This document shows, one piece after another, positions 1-13,484 of a DNA stretch of 64,000 nt. The DNA is taken from positions 41,562 to 105,561 of the forward strand of contig NW_021833272.1 of NCBI RefSeq assembly GCF_006345805.1, given 5' to 3'. This stretch comes from Octopus sinensis. Taxonomy: Eukaryota. The notes beneath the pieces are model-generated. The model was not told the DNA's origin, searched no databases, and was given only the letters and a program-made list of their open reading frames with translations. A program made the position numbers and the translations under genes. How positions within the stretch are numbered: the stretch's first letter is position 1; each line of letters starts with the position of its first letter.

Positions 1-466
1 TACTAACAGCAACAACAACCACAGTTGTAGCAGTATGCATAACAACAACAACAACAACAACAACAGCTTCAACAATGACAACAACAATATTACTTGCTAA
101 CACAGATATTTGTTGGGAGAGAGAAATTGTTCAATTATATCGACCCGATGATGACGATGATGATGATTATAACGACGACGATGATGATTATGATGATGAT
201 CATCATCGTCATCACAATTCTCATCATCGCCATCATCATCGTCATCATCATCGTCTGTTAATATTGCAAAAGAGCAAATGTACGACCTTTTTTAAAAAAA
301 ACGGTTAGAGTACCACAGAAGCAACAAGAAAAAATAACAATAAGGACAGCAACAACAACAACAACATCATAAAAAACGCATCATTTATCAAATATTAAAC
401 ACACGCACACATGAACACATATATAGGCATATATATATATATATTATATATATATCTATATATAAT

Positions 467-517
<51 letters not shown>

Positions 518-1582
518 ATATACATACATACATATAATATATTATATATATATACACATAGAATATATATGTATGTATATTTAATGTATATATATATATA
601 TATAAATGCAACGGGAATATGAACAAGATGGCTGACTATACAAGAATCGCCAAAAGGAGCAAAAGAACGAAAGAGAGATGGAGGAAGAGGGGGTGGATGA
701 GGATGATGATGTGATGGATGAAGAAGAAGAGAAGAAGAAAGAAGAAGAAGAAGAAGAAGAAGAAGAAGAAGAAGAAGAAGAAGAAGAGTAGAAGAAGAAG
801 AAGAAGAAGATGGAGGAGGAGGAGGAGGAGGAGGAGAAGAAGGAGGAGAAGAAGAAGAAGAAGAAGAGAAAGAAGAAGAAGAAGAAGGAGGAGGAGGAGG
901 AGGAGGAGGAGGAGAAGAAGAAGAAGAAAAAAGAAGTGGAAGTTGTAGTTATTGCAGTAGTAGAAGGTGGGGGGGGGGACAAAAAGATGAAGGAGGAGGA
1001 GGGAGACAAAAAGAAGGAGGAGGAGGAGGAGGCGGAGGCGGAGGAGGATAGGTGATTTGTGGGTGCAAACGGACTCCTTTACCTCCCAGAATATTTCTCT
1101 AGTAAACAGGAAATTAATTGTAATCAAAAGACATAATCAATCGGTCGATTCTTTAGTCGTTTTGTGTGTTAATTTTCTCTTTGTATTTATTTAGTCTTTA
1201 TTTATTTATTTATTTTCATTTAATTTTTTTGTATCTTTTTTTCTCCTTCTTTGATCCTGTACCTCCATTTTACCTGCCTCCAATTGTTCTTTCCCCCTCT
1301 TCCTTACACACACATTTTCAAAATTTTTTCATTTTCTTTCGTTCGCTCTCTCTTTCTTTCTACTTTTTTTCAACCATTAAACGAATATGAAATTTTCTTC
1401 TGAAACTTCGCTGCATTTTTGCTTTTATTATTACCGTTTATTATTATCCTTCTTCTTCTTCTTCTTCTTTCGTTTTCTTCTTTTCTTCTTTCTTCTTCTT
1501 CTTCTTCTTCTTCTTCTTCTTCTTTTCTTCTTCTTCTTCTTCTTCTTCTTCTTCTTCTCTTCTATTATCTATTATTATATTA

Positions 1583-1636
<54 letters not shown>

Positions 1637-1925
1637 TTATCATATCATCATCATCATCATCATCATTTCATCATTACTATTATTGTTATTTTTAATACTA
1701 ATATTATTATTATTATTGTTATTATCATTATTATTGTTTAAAGTATTTTATCTTCAATGTTCTTCTTGTTGTTATTGCATTGGTGATTTGGGTGTGGTAT
1801 AGGTGTTTTGGTTACGATGGCTTTTTTGTCGTTAAAATTGTATTATTGTTGTTATTGGTGCTGTTGTTGATGTTGTTGCTGTTGTGTTGTGGTTGTTGTT
1901 GTTGTTGTCGTTCTTCTTCCTCTTC

Positions 1926-2003
<78 letters not shown>

Positions 2004-2269
2004 TTATGTAATGGAATAAATATAAACACCTTAACCCAAATTTATATCCTCAAGGTGAATAAAGAGGTAATAATAATAATGATAATTATAATAATAATAC
2101 TGATAATAATAATGATGATAATAATGATAATAATAATAATGCTTATAATTATAGCAGTATTAGTACCATCATTAAGAGCAGCAAGCGTAGTAGTATTAGT
2201 AGTGGTGGTTGTGGTGTTGGTAGTGGCAGCGGTAGTAGTATTAGTAGTGATAGTGGTGGTGGCAGTGGC

Positions 2270-2310
<41 letters not shown>

Positions 2311-2335
2311 GAGGAGGAGGAGGAGGAGGAGACAG
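1..2335. repeat. Compound microsatellite block: (CAA)n, (GAT)n/(CAT)n, (TA)n, (GAA)n/(GAG)n, (CTT)n, (TAT)n, (TAG)n
   Basis: Read directly from the sequence. The homopolymeric ORFs here (poly-K/E/L/Y/S) are translations of these repeats. Confidence 0.95.
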
Positions 2336-2643
2336 GGCACGTAACTCGGAGATCAAGTAGCGTCTATAGGCCGAGCCCCTTTTTCTCCGCATTGCGACAT
2401 CGCAGTTTTGTTACTAAGGACGTGTGATTAGAATGTCGCAGAAAAGAATTGCGAGGCGGCAGAGAATCTCAGGACGCAGTAAGAACGAGATGGTTGAATA
2501 ATAATGTCCATAGCTTCGTTGGTCACGCATGAGAATCCAGCCGGATTATGTACGACGTACCCAAAGTCCACTATCTCAAAGTACTAGCGTATGCATATGC
2601 TTTATGAGATATGTAGACCACAATCACTTAATTACATAAAGAG

Positions 2644-2731
2644 GAGTCGGAGTTGGAATCAGAGCCGGGGTGCTAATAGTACAGGAGTCAGAGTCGGAGT
2701 CAAATTTTTTTGTTTTGACTGCACAGCCATT
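2644..2731. mobile_element. Decayed GGAGTC-repeat MITE-like remnant
   Basis: ggagtcggagttggaatcagagcc...ggagtcagagtcggagtc followed by gactgcacagcc resembles the GGAGTCGGAGTC...GACTCCACAGCC ends of a widespread DNA-transposon MITE type. Confidence 0.35.
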
Positions 2732-3323
2732 GTAACCATTCTATGTATTTTTTTTGTTTTGTGTCCAAGCACAGTGTATCTAAAATCCTATAATCCAGTG
2801 ATAATGCATAATCTTTTAAAGATAGTAGGTGTGGCATGAAGGAATTTAGCTGCTATTTCAAACTGGTTGTCCAACCATGTAAAAACTCCTTCACAGGCTT
2901 ACATTTGTGCATGACATTATGTTGTATATGTGTTGAGTAAAGTCTTTGCTGACTGTGTGTTGGTTGAATGTGACTGATATTTGTCACAGGAACAGGAACA
3001 GTGAGCGTTCCTTGTCTCAATAGAAAGCGTGCAAGAGCCTACAGCCAGTAGAGAATGGTGGAAAGAAGTAATTAACACAGAGAAGAAAGATTGAGTTCAA
3101 ACTCTATGTAGTGAGTAGCTTGCTTACCGGTTCTAACGTACCTCAAACCTATTCAGACTGGTAATAGCATTACAGTTTTATTTAACACTACTCATCACTC
3201 ACCCTTTGTAATTTACTTACGGTAAGCCCCCTGCACAGCGCTGCCAGTCATCGTATAGCAACCGGAAAAGAATAAGAGTCGGTTTCTTCAATCAGCTCGT
3301 CGCGCCCCCTACCTGATCTCTGA

Positions 3324-3366
3324 GGCCGAAGAGGAGATAACTACTCCGAAATGCTTGCACCTCACG
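3324..3366 (+). ncRNA. Degenerate type I hammerhead ribozyme motif
   Basis: TGAGG-CCGAAGA-GGAG ataacta CTCC-GAAA-tgcttg-CA-CCTCA. Stems I (5 bp) and II (4 bp) are perfect, but the core has U4->C and the triplet is GCA instead of NUH. Confidence 0.45.
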
Positions 3367-4219
3367 GTCTGGGCGGGTGGCACCATTTGTTAACAAACGG
3401 GATATGTTTTTCGTAACAAAACGCAGTGAGTAGCTTGTTCACCGGTTCGAACATGCCCCAAGCATATTCGAACTCATAAGAACATTACAACTTTAAACGC
3501 CCATCTTCCCCCAAGACGGAATGAAATTCTTGGTTCCTTATGTATTCAATAGAATTCTAATGAATTTATTGAACAAGCTGTAGGACGACAGGAAGATGAC
3601 GTCTGATTTTGTGGTTCAGTTGTTTTTTTTTCCCTGTTGTACACCGCTTCAGGTCTTGTTACATGGGTCCTTGTAACAAATAAATAAAGCAAATATGCAT
3701 ATTAGAGATTTTTATTCATAACCACAAAAAGCTACAAAATAATTTCGTTCCCGATTACTTGACGAAAACAAGCGGATTTTTCTTGCTTGGGATCGTTTTA
3801 ACTATAGAACGGGTCACGGTATTGAAATTACCATCCTATTTCTGGGTGTCTGTAAAAATAAAGGCTCACTCAACATTGTATCTATTGTTTATGCGGTTTT
3901 GCTCTGTAGAAATCTGTGTCGTTACTAAGTGGTATAAACTTGTTTGAAAAGTAGCAGGAAGAGGTAGTCTCCACAGGGGCGGTAGCACCGTTGGCTCTCT
4001 GTGCCGTAAACAGCATGCCAAATAATTATTTTCAAACGCGAAAACAGATTGAAAAAGATACAAGAGATAATGTAAAATTTAAATTAAAAGACAAAGCTAC
4101 AAGCATAATCGTTTAGAGTTGTATAAGAGAAAACACATACAAAACAGAGATTGGCTTTCAATATATAAATTTATATCAAAAGAACGATGTAAGCAGCATG
4201 AACTGCAGCGGCAACAAGA

Positions 4220-5360
4220 CTTCTGCCGCCGCCGCCATTCTCATATCCTCCCACCACCACCACCACCACCACCGCCAGCAGCGCCACTACCGTCTGCACC
4301 ATTACCAGTGCCATTATCACCACAACTACGCTCAGTATCGCCTTCACCACAAGCGTCTCCACCGTCACCACCACCACCACCACCACTACTACCAACGCCT
4401 ACACCACTGCCACCATCACCACCAGCATAGTCGCCACCACAATCATCACTGTCAACAACGCCATCATCACTACCTCCACGCCACCACCACCACCACCACC
4501 ACTAACACCACCACCCCACCCTCACCCCCACCCCCACCAATAGTAACAGCTAGAAAAACATGAACAACAACAACATTGCATCGTTTGCACATTATGTATT
4601 TTAAGAAAACTCCTCGGTGTGCGACAAACATAGAGAAAGAGGTGGATTGGTGTAGGTGTGTAGCCAAAAATAGTGTGCCATTGCTCGAGAAATTTATCTC
4701 AGAAACAGCGAGTAAGAAGTAGCATACGTTTGACCACTGGTTTGCGACTAAAAAGGGAAATTTTAATATATGTTCTCCATTGATGAATTGGAAGGTTTCC
4801 AAGGCATCTCTCAAGGCTAAAGGTGTCCTACTACGACGTGTGACAGGACATATAGAGGCCTGTACTTTGTATTTAAAACTTAGTATCAGAGCTCATGACT
4901 CACAATTGTAAGGTTGTGAGTTCGATTCTCGGCAGCGCATTATACCCTTCAGCAAGACATTTTATTTCACGTTGCTCCGGTATACATAGCTAGCAAAAGT
5001 GAATTATACCTATTTCTTTATTACCCACAAGGGGCTAAACATATATGTATGTACGTATGTATGTGTATATATGTATATATATATATGTATGTGTATATAT
5101 ATATACATACATACATACATACATGTATAATTGTGTATTCTCAAACAAACTACCCTATATATATAAACATACATAACTGTTTTCGTATGTGGTAATGATG
5201 ATAATGATGATGACGACGACGACGACGACGATGATGGCTATAATGGTAATGAAGACATCGATGTAATTACACTCCATGGCAACATCACTGCATGCATTAA
5301 TGCCGATGCTGATGGTGGAGGTGGTGATGATGATGATGTTGATGATGATGATGATGATGT

Positions 5361-5395
<35 letters not shown>

Positions 5396-5396
5396 T

Positions 5397-5430
<34 letters not shown>

Positions 5431-6065
5431 GGCTGTGGCGCTTGCTTTTCTAGTTATTAATTTACAACAAAATATCGTACATAATTAAATATTTATTTCT
5501 TTAATTATATATTTTCTCATCCATCCCTTCCAACTGCATGCCTCCTACAACCGTTTCCACTTTGTCTCTCTCCTCGTCTCTCCCTGTGTGTCTGTCTCTC
5601 TTCTTTCCAACACCGCCACCAACCTAACCAGTACTCCGTGAAGAAAATGAACTCCTTCACCGCCCTCTCCCACCACCACCACCACCACCACCACCATAAG
5701 CAGACGACGAAAAGCACTGCAAATATTATGATTAACGTCACGACCACGACCACCACGACGACCATCACCCCTACTAACGCAACCGTCACTACCCCCTCTA
5801 CAAGCATAATCACGACGACGACGACCACTATTGTACCACAACGATGACCTCCCCCCCTCCCCACTACCGCAACCGTCACCGCCACCTCTACAAACATAAG
5901 CACCACTACCATCACCACATTCAGCAGCAGAACCAACATCGCTACCACCGAGGCCGCCACCGTGACGACGGCGACGGCAAACATCACCACCCGCAGCACC
6001 ACCATCACTGCCACCACCGTCACCATAGGCCCTCCCCATCACCACAATCATTCCCATCACTACTA

Positions 6066-6100
<35 letters not shown>

Positions 6101-6781
6101 GTTCAAACATGTCTCTATTACGGCTAGAAATAGCAACCAAGTATTCCTGAAGTTTCATCGTACGCTCTTAGAAAAGAATATGTCGAATAATGCATTTGCG
6201 GGTTTTGTGTACATTAGAAAATGACGGAAGGGTCACAGCTGGAAGGTACTTCGATCGTTTGTTTTTTTACTCAGAATTGATCTGGAGTAAACAACAATAA
6301 CAACAACAACAACAACACAACAACAACAACAGCAGCAGCATCAGTAGCAACAGCAACAACAACAACAACAACAACGAAAATCACAACCACAAGACTAATA
6401 CATCCAATAAGAAGAGCAACAACAAGAACAACAGCTGCAGCCTCCACAACAACAAAAACCGCACGGCTACCACTAACAACGACAACATCACTAATCACCA
6501 AAACCAACAAGAACAAAACAACATTATCGCCATTTTCGTTCCCGTCTCCGTCACCCTCACACTCACCACCACCACCATCGCTACAGCAGCAGCAACAATA
6601 ACGATCACGACAATTCCAACGGTGGTAAAAGTTCCGAAGGCAATTTTATCAAGTAGCTTCTTCACAAAATATCACGCCTTTATCCCCACGATTATCGTCA
6701 CCGTGAACGACACATCCACCATTACCACCTTCCTCCTCCTCCTCCTCCTCCTCCTCCTCCTCCTCCTCCTCCTCCTCCTCC

Positions 6782-6837
<56 letters not shown>

Positions 6838-6997
6838 GTCATCATCATCATCATCGTCAACATCATATTGTCACCACCACCATCAACATCATGTCATCAT
6901 CATTATCATCATCATCATCATAATCATAATCATCATAATCATCAGCGTCGTCGTCATCATCATCATCATCACCACCATCATCACCACCACCATCATC

Positions 6998-7029
<32 letters not shown>

Positions 7030-7100
7030 CATCATCATCGTCGTCGTCGTCGTCCTTGTCGTCGTCGACGTCATCATCTTCATCTTCATCATGATTTTCA
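4220..7100. repeat. Trinucleotide-rich low-complexity blocks: (CAC)n, (GAT)n, (CAA)n, (CCT)n, (CAT)n, with (TA)n/(CATA)n
   Basis: Read directly. Short unique segments interrupt the block at about 4560-5030 and 6100-6290. Confidence 0.9.
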
Positions 7101-7289
7101 CCATCAAATATCGTAGGAATATCAGCAGAAGCAGGATTACAGAAGCACAGTTCCTAACACCATCACAATATTAAAAGCGGTAGTGGTGGTGGGTTTGGTT
7201 TTGTTCTTGTTGGCCGTAATGAGGGTAGACTCCTGTAGAGTATCGGATTAGTTGATCCTGCTGTATTACTCATGCCTTTTTTGTAGCTG

Positions 7290-7700
7290 TTGAGATCAAA
7301 TACCACCGAAGGTGTCTTTATTACTTAATCTCTCAGATAATCCCTGGGTTCAAAAGAATTGACTACAGAAGCTGGATCGCAGTAATGTACAGAGACATTT
7401 TCTCGACGGTCCGAGTTAATAGCCACCTGACGGAACCATTTGCTACCAAACCTTCTGTCCTTCAAGAGTTACGCCTTTCGCCCCTTCTGTTCGTACAGAC
7501 TCTAAAGCTAACAGAAGCTGGACGTTTGGATGGGGCAATTTCGCAAGAAGATGCGATTATCCTTACTGTAAGTAGTTACCTATGGGATTATCCCTACCGT
7601 AAGATCACTAAACTCCTTGAGATGACGAGCACTGCACTAATGAAATATGAGGCGGCGATACGAATAGATATTAACCAAGAGAAGACGTCAGTTTATCCGT
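7290..7700 (+). mobile_element. L1/Tx1-type LINE reverse transcriptase remnant
   Basis: ORF 7385-7732 reads STVRVNSHLTEPFATKPSVLQELRLSPLLF...KYEAAIRIDINQEK, a decayed match to the RT pattern VRVNG..T..F.....VRQGCPLSPLLF...YE.A.GA.IN.EKS. Confidence 0.7.
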
Positions 7701-7724
7701 CGATCGTCCGTCGTTACATTTCTG

Positions 7725-7830
7725 AGATCTGATTCCCCCTGCCGTCATTTCGGAATCGATAACTTAAGTACCAGTCTTGCACTGAAATCGATGTGATCGA
7801 CTAGCCCTCTACCCTAATATTTCAAACCGC
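7725..7830 (+). mobile_element. SINE family A, 3' fragment
   Basis: tttcggaatcgataacttaagtaccagtcttgcactgaaatcgatgtgatcgactagccc matches the 3' half of the copies at 20435-21680. Confidence 0.65.
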
Positions 7831-7926
7831 CTTGTGTCTATTGTCCCAAATACTATGAACTGCGGTCGATGTAATCGACTTACACGCCTCGCACAGATTT
7901 CCATCCTTGTGCTGATAGTGGAAAAC

Positions 7927-8027
<101 letters not shown>

Positions 8028-8159
8028 CATTTATCATCATCATCATCATCACCATCACCACCATCACCACCATCACCACCATCACCACCACCACCCACAC
8101 CAGCAGCACCACCATCATCATCATCAGCAGCAGCACCATCATTATTATCATCATTATTA

Positions 8160-8224
<65 letters not shown>

Positions 8225-8256
8225 TTATTATTATCATTATTATTAATATTATTATT

Positions 8257-8707
8257 GAGTGAGAGAGCAGTGCATGCCATCAAAGTAACACTGGGGTAAA
8301 ATATACGAAGTCCAGTATACGCATCATGACAACCGTTTGATAAGGGTACACTAGGCACATGCATCACAAACATATGTGCGCGATATGGTGATCTCATATT
8401 AAGATAAACAGCGCATGACATTGCAGGTGGGGCCCAGTTAAGGATATTGAACGAAACACCTTTGTTTCCAGAGGTGAATCATCCAAACCCCCAATGAATT
8501 CCTCTGAACACATGGCTATGATGCTTCCCCACTACCTCTACTCGCGATCAGAGATGCACATATTGTTAGCCACTTACATGCTCAACTGGTGAAGGTCAAA
8601 CAACTGACAAGCAAATCTATGGTCTTTTATACCAAGACAAAACAATGTACATGATAACACTTGCAATCAGTTAAGATCAGAAGCCACGAGAGCCAATGCC
8701 TGGTACT
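8257..8707 (-). mobile_element. (TAA)n-tailed non-autonomous retroelement, internally deleted copy
   Basis: Homologous to 9309-9860, 35322-35847 and 45143-45692. On the minus strand it ends ...ctctctcactc(AAT)n and is embedded in (TTA)n. Confidence 0.85.
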
Positions 8708-8726
8708 ATTATCATTATTATTATTA

Positions 8727-8799
<73 letters not shown>

Positions 8800-8801
<2 letters not shown>

Positions 8802-9287
8802 GTTTGACTTTTGCTTTATATTTGTACAAGTTGGCTCCAAGTCTCACCCGGAGACCTCAAGAGACAACAGGTTGGAAGTTCACGTTGTTGTTATGCCTAG
8901 TGTGCCATAAATTTGGTTGTTTTTTGTGTTGTATTGGTGGATGTCTAAAAAAAATGTTTGTTTTAAACCTTGAGATTACATAGAAAGTATTTTGCGTAGG
9001 ATATGAGGAGTTCCCATGAACTATCTTTTGAATTTCCATGAACTATCTTTTTTTGAATTTCTGCCATTTTTGGGTTTCCTGGTATCTGAGTTAGGTAGCT
9101 ATCAGCTCCTTTTGCTATCGTTTCCAGGGCACCTATGACAACAGGTATTGCTTTAGTCTTCAGGTTCCACATTTTGCTGATTTCTATTTCAAGATCTGTA
9201 TATTTGCTCAGTTTTTGGTAGGTCTTGACAGATACGTTTATATCGATTGGGACAGTCATATCAATGAGGAGGCATGTTCTTTGTTTT
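8800..9287 (-). mobile_element. 5'-truncated R4/Dong-type non-LTR retrotransposon (restriction-like endonuclease C-terminus plus 3' UTR)
   Basis: Minus strand reads CLLIDMTVPIDINVSVKTYQKLSKYTDLEIEISKMWNLKTKAIPVVIGALETI, matching the D..VP...K..KY..L...W....PVVIGALG pattern of the REL domain. It has a (TAA)n tail and (TAA)n on both flanks. Confidence 0.85.
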
Positions 9288-9308
9288 ATTATTATTATTA
9301 TTATTATT

Positions 9309-9858
9309 GAGTGAGAGAGCAGTTCATGCCATCAAAGTGACACTGGGGTAAAATATACGAAGCCCAATATACCCATCATGACTACCCGTCTGATAAAGGT
9401 ACACCAGGCACAATGCATCACAACCATATGCGCGACATGGTGATCTCATATCAAGATAAACAGCACATGACCTTGCAGGTGGGACCCAGTTAGAATTTTC
9501 TTCAGGTTGAGTAGCCCATCCCGCTCAAACGGTTCCTGAATAAGGGTTGTTTAAGGATGTTGACAGAACTACCCATGTTTCCAGAGGTGAACTATTCAAA
9601 CCCCAAAGAATCCCTCTCAACACATGGCTATGATGCTCCCCCACTACTTCTGCTCGTGATCAGAGATGCACATATCGTCAGCCACTAAGGGACATGCTCA
9701 ACTGGTTAGGTCAAACAACTGACAAGCAAATCTGTGGTATTGAGCAGAATATTTGCTGTTGCCCATCTTTTACACCAAGACAAAACAATGTACATGAAAA
9801 CACTTCCAATCAGTTAAGATCAGAAGCCATGAGAGCCACTGCTTGGTACTGCATCAGG

Positions 9859-9860
<2 letters not shown>
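9309..9860 (-). mobile_element. (TAA)n-tailed non-autonomous retroelement, near full-length (~550 bp)
   Basis: Near-identical to 45143-45692 and flanked by (TTA)n on both sides. Confidence 0.9.
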
Positions 9861-9930
<70 letters not shown>

Positions 9931-10063
9931 GCCTTTGCACAGCTTTTAACGCTGGAGATGTACTACAATATCTGCTGTCCACTACCAGTGAACTAAGATA
10001 ACACCTCTTATTTTTCGAGCACCTTCCGGAGTATCATTATTATTATTATTAACAATAATAATG

Positions 10064-10103
<40 letters not shown>

Positions 10104-10227
10104 TAATAATAATAATGATATTTATAGGATTGAGGTAGCTCCTCCACAAAATATAGAAGCAAAACAAAAGAAGAGTGCTATTGTCATCAAGTAAACGACA
10201 TTTCGATATCTCGTGTCTCGTGAGTGC

Positions 10228-10228
<1 letters not shown>
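9931..10228. mobile_element. Two short non-repetitive inserts in (TTA)n (9931-10035 and 10122-10228), probably retroelement ends
   Basis: ~100-bp islands with sharp boundaries against TAA microsatellite. No internal homologue in the window, so family identity is unconfirmed. Confidence 0.4.
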
Positions 10229-10234
<6 letters not shown>

Positions 10235-10292
<58 letters not shown>

Positions 10293-10348
10293 GTTATCAT
10301 TATTATTATTATTATTATAATTATTATTATTATTATTATTATAATTAT

Positions 10349-10428
<80 letters not shown>

Positions 10429-10441
10429 GTAGTAGTAGTAT

Positions 10442-10472
<31 letters not shown>

Positions 10473-10954
10473 CAACAGCAGCAGCAGTAGTAGTAGTATG
10501 GTGCAAACGTTTGAGTTCATTATACCATTCAATACATGGTTCTTCCTTTCTAAGTACAAAACTACGATAATCCATCTTCTGCGTTTTATTACCTTGATGG
10601 CCATGGTGGTGGTGGTGGTTGTCGTCGTCGTGTTGGTGACGGTAGGGTCCGGGTTAACGTACTGCACAATATTTATGGTCGTGGCGGTACGATACTATTT
10701 AAATATACAATTTAACTACAGATATCCACATGCCCCACCGCGACATCACTCTTCCACTTCTCCACTCTACCACCCTGCCACATATCTGTGGGAATTAGTA
10801 CCGCGATGGTAAAATAGCTCTAAAATGTTTAATAACCGAAAAAATAGAATCGAAGAAAAATAAATATAACAAAGACTGCAACAAAATAATTAATAATGTA
10901 TTTACACCGAAAGACACCCATTAAATTTCACATCAATGTGTGCCTATACATATA

Positions 10955-10996
<42 letters not shown>

Positions 10997-11016
10997 CATA
11001 CACACACATACATACA

Positions 11017-11047
<31 letters not shown>

Positions 11048-11327
11048 TCGCACATATATTTCTGTGTGTGTATAACACCGACTGTAACTAATCTAGATAA
11101 ACAATACAAACAGAAATAATTGAATCAAGCGAACATAATAATTTGCCGGGTCACCAGGGGAATTGAAGCGGAATGAGAGAAAATAGGAGTATGTGTGTAT
11201 TGTATGTATGTATGTATGTATGTATGTATGTATGTATGTATGTATGTATGTATGTGTGTATGTATGCATGTGTGTGTATGTACGAATGTTTGTATGTGCA
11301 TATGTATCTTATATATATATATGGTTA

Positions 11328-11411
<84 letters not shown>

Positions 11412-11667
11412 TAATATATATATATATATGTGTGTGTGTGTATGTGTGTAAATATGTGTGTGTGTATATATATATGTGTGTGTATTTGCATATATACGTA
11501 ACATCAAAACATCGTTTACGGCAATAACACCCCCACAAGAGTGTTACAACAATCAAATCTAGAAAATAACACATTTTGATATTTTTTTTTTAAAAAAGGA
11601 GAATTGAGAAACAAGGAAGCGAAAAGTGATGATGCATATGTTGCTGATGATGACAATGATAATTATG

Positions 11668-11719
<52 letters not shown>

Positions 11720-11757
11720 TAATAATAATAATAGTAATAATAATGATAATAATAATA

Positions 11758-11810
<53 letters not shown>

Positions 11811-12282
11811 AAGAAGAAGAAGAAGAAGAGAACAGAACGACAACAACAACAACAGAAAATGCAACAAGGAACAACAAGGACAACAACATCAACAAGTACT
11901 GTAACAAGAAGTAAAGTTTTAACCCACAAAAAAGCGCAAAGGCGCATTAAAAATAGCATCAGGGAAACACAAAGTATTTTTTTTTTAAAGTAGACTGTTA
12001 CACTAACAATAACATCAACAACAACTACAACAACAACAACAGCAACAACAACAACAACAACAATAACAGCAACAACGATGATGACATCGGTAAAAAGAAC
12101 AACACAGGAAAGCGCAACAGTATTAAAAATGGTAATGATACTAATAATATTAAGGCCAACAACAACAACAATAATAATAATAATAATAATAATAATTAAT
12201 AATAATAATAATATAATAATAATAATAATAATATAATAATATAATAATATAATAATAATAAAAATAATATAAGGGGATAATA

Positions 12283-12313
<31 letters not shown>

Positions 12314-12344
12314 TGATATAAATATGATAATAATAATAATAATA

Positions 12345-12418
<74 letters not shown>

Positions 12419-12680
12419 TAATAATAATAATAATAATAATAGTAACAATAATAATAACTGTAATAATGCGATGAAGAAATAAATAAGTAGATGAATAAAT
12501 AAGAATTTTGTTATACAATAAAGTGAAGAAGGAAGGGAGATGAAGCCGGAAAAAAAATATTCTAAATTAGTTTCGTTTGAAGTCGAAAGGAAATAATTTT
12601 CATGTGATTTAAAAGGATTAAACGAAAATCAAAATATAAATACCTATATACATACACAAATGAAAACATGAAATAGTTGT

Positions 12681-12737
<57 letters not shown>

Positions 12738-13080
12738 CTATACACACACTATTATTGTACACATATGTATATATTATATATATATTATATTATACATATA
12801 TATATATATATGTATGTATATTTATATATATATACATATATATACACATATATATGTACACACATACATATATATATTATATACATATATATGTATATGT
12901 ATATATATATACATATATATATTTATATTACATATATATATACAGAGAGTTATTTATATATATATATGTATTATATATATTATATATATATATAATATAT
13001 TATACATGCATACATACATATATACACACACAACCACCCAGCCTCACACACACACACACACACACCCACGCTTATATATG
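10235..13080. repeat. Microsatellite blocks (TAT)n, (TAG)n, (TA)n, (CATA)n, (TATG)n, (TAA)n, (CAA)n
   Basis: Read directly from the sequence. Confidence 0.9.
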
Positions 13081-13452
13081 TACGCGTGCATACACCGATA
13101 CATACACTCTATAAAATAATAAAATGGCTAATCTAAGATCAATCAACGGAAAAGAAGGATTTATGTCAATACATATTAGGAGTGGGGACTGAATATGTTG
13201 GTGTTTGACTGTGACTGAGTGTGAGTGTGAGTGTGTGTGCGTGAGAGAGAAAGAGAGAGAGAGAGGGAGAGAGAAAGAAAGAGAGAGACAGAGAGAGAGA
13301 GAGAATTCGGGAGTTAATGAATGTGTGTGGAGCGTTGAAATTATTTTTAAAGGTGTAAGAAGGCCAATGATGATGCTTGAGTTAGAAGGCCTATATTGCT
13401 TTCTCTGTTCCTGTGTATGTATGTATGTTATGTATGTATGTATGTATGTATG

Positions 13453-13484
<32 letters not shown>

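Noticed and set aside
75-2392. Long ORFs rich in poly-K/E/L/Y/N/V, and similar ORFs throughout the window
   Set aside because: They are translations of microsatellites, open in several frames and on both strands, with no domain content.
2390-2446. tgcgacat/atgtcgca stem in a CpG-rich island
   Set aside because: Only 8 contiguous base pairs, within chance expectation.
4606-4711. Possible plus-strand exon (KTPRCATNIEKEVDWCRC...) and overlapping minus ORF 4470-4814
   Set aside because: Weak acceptor, no recognisable motif in either peptide, and no supported partner exon.
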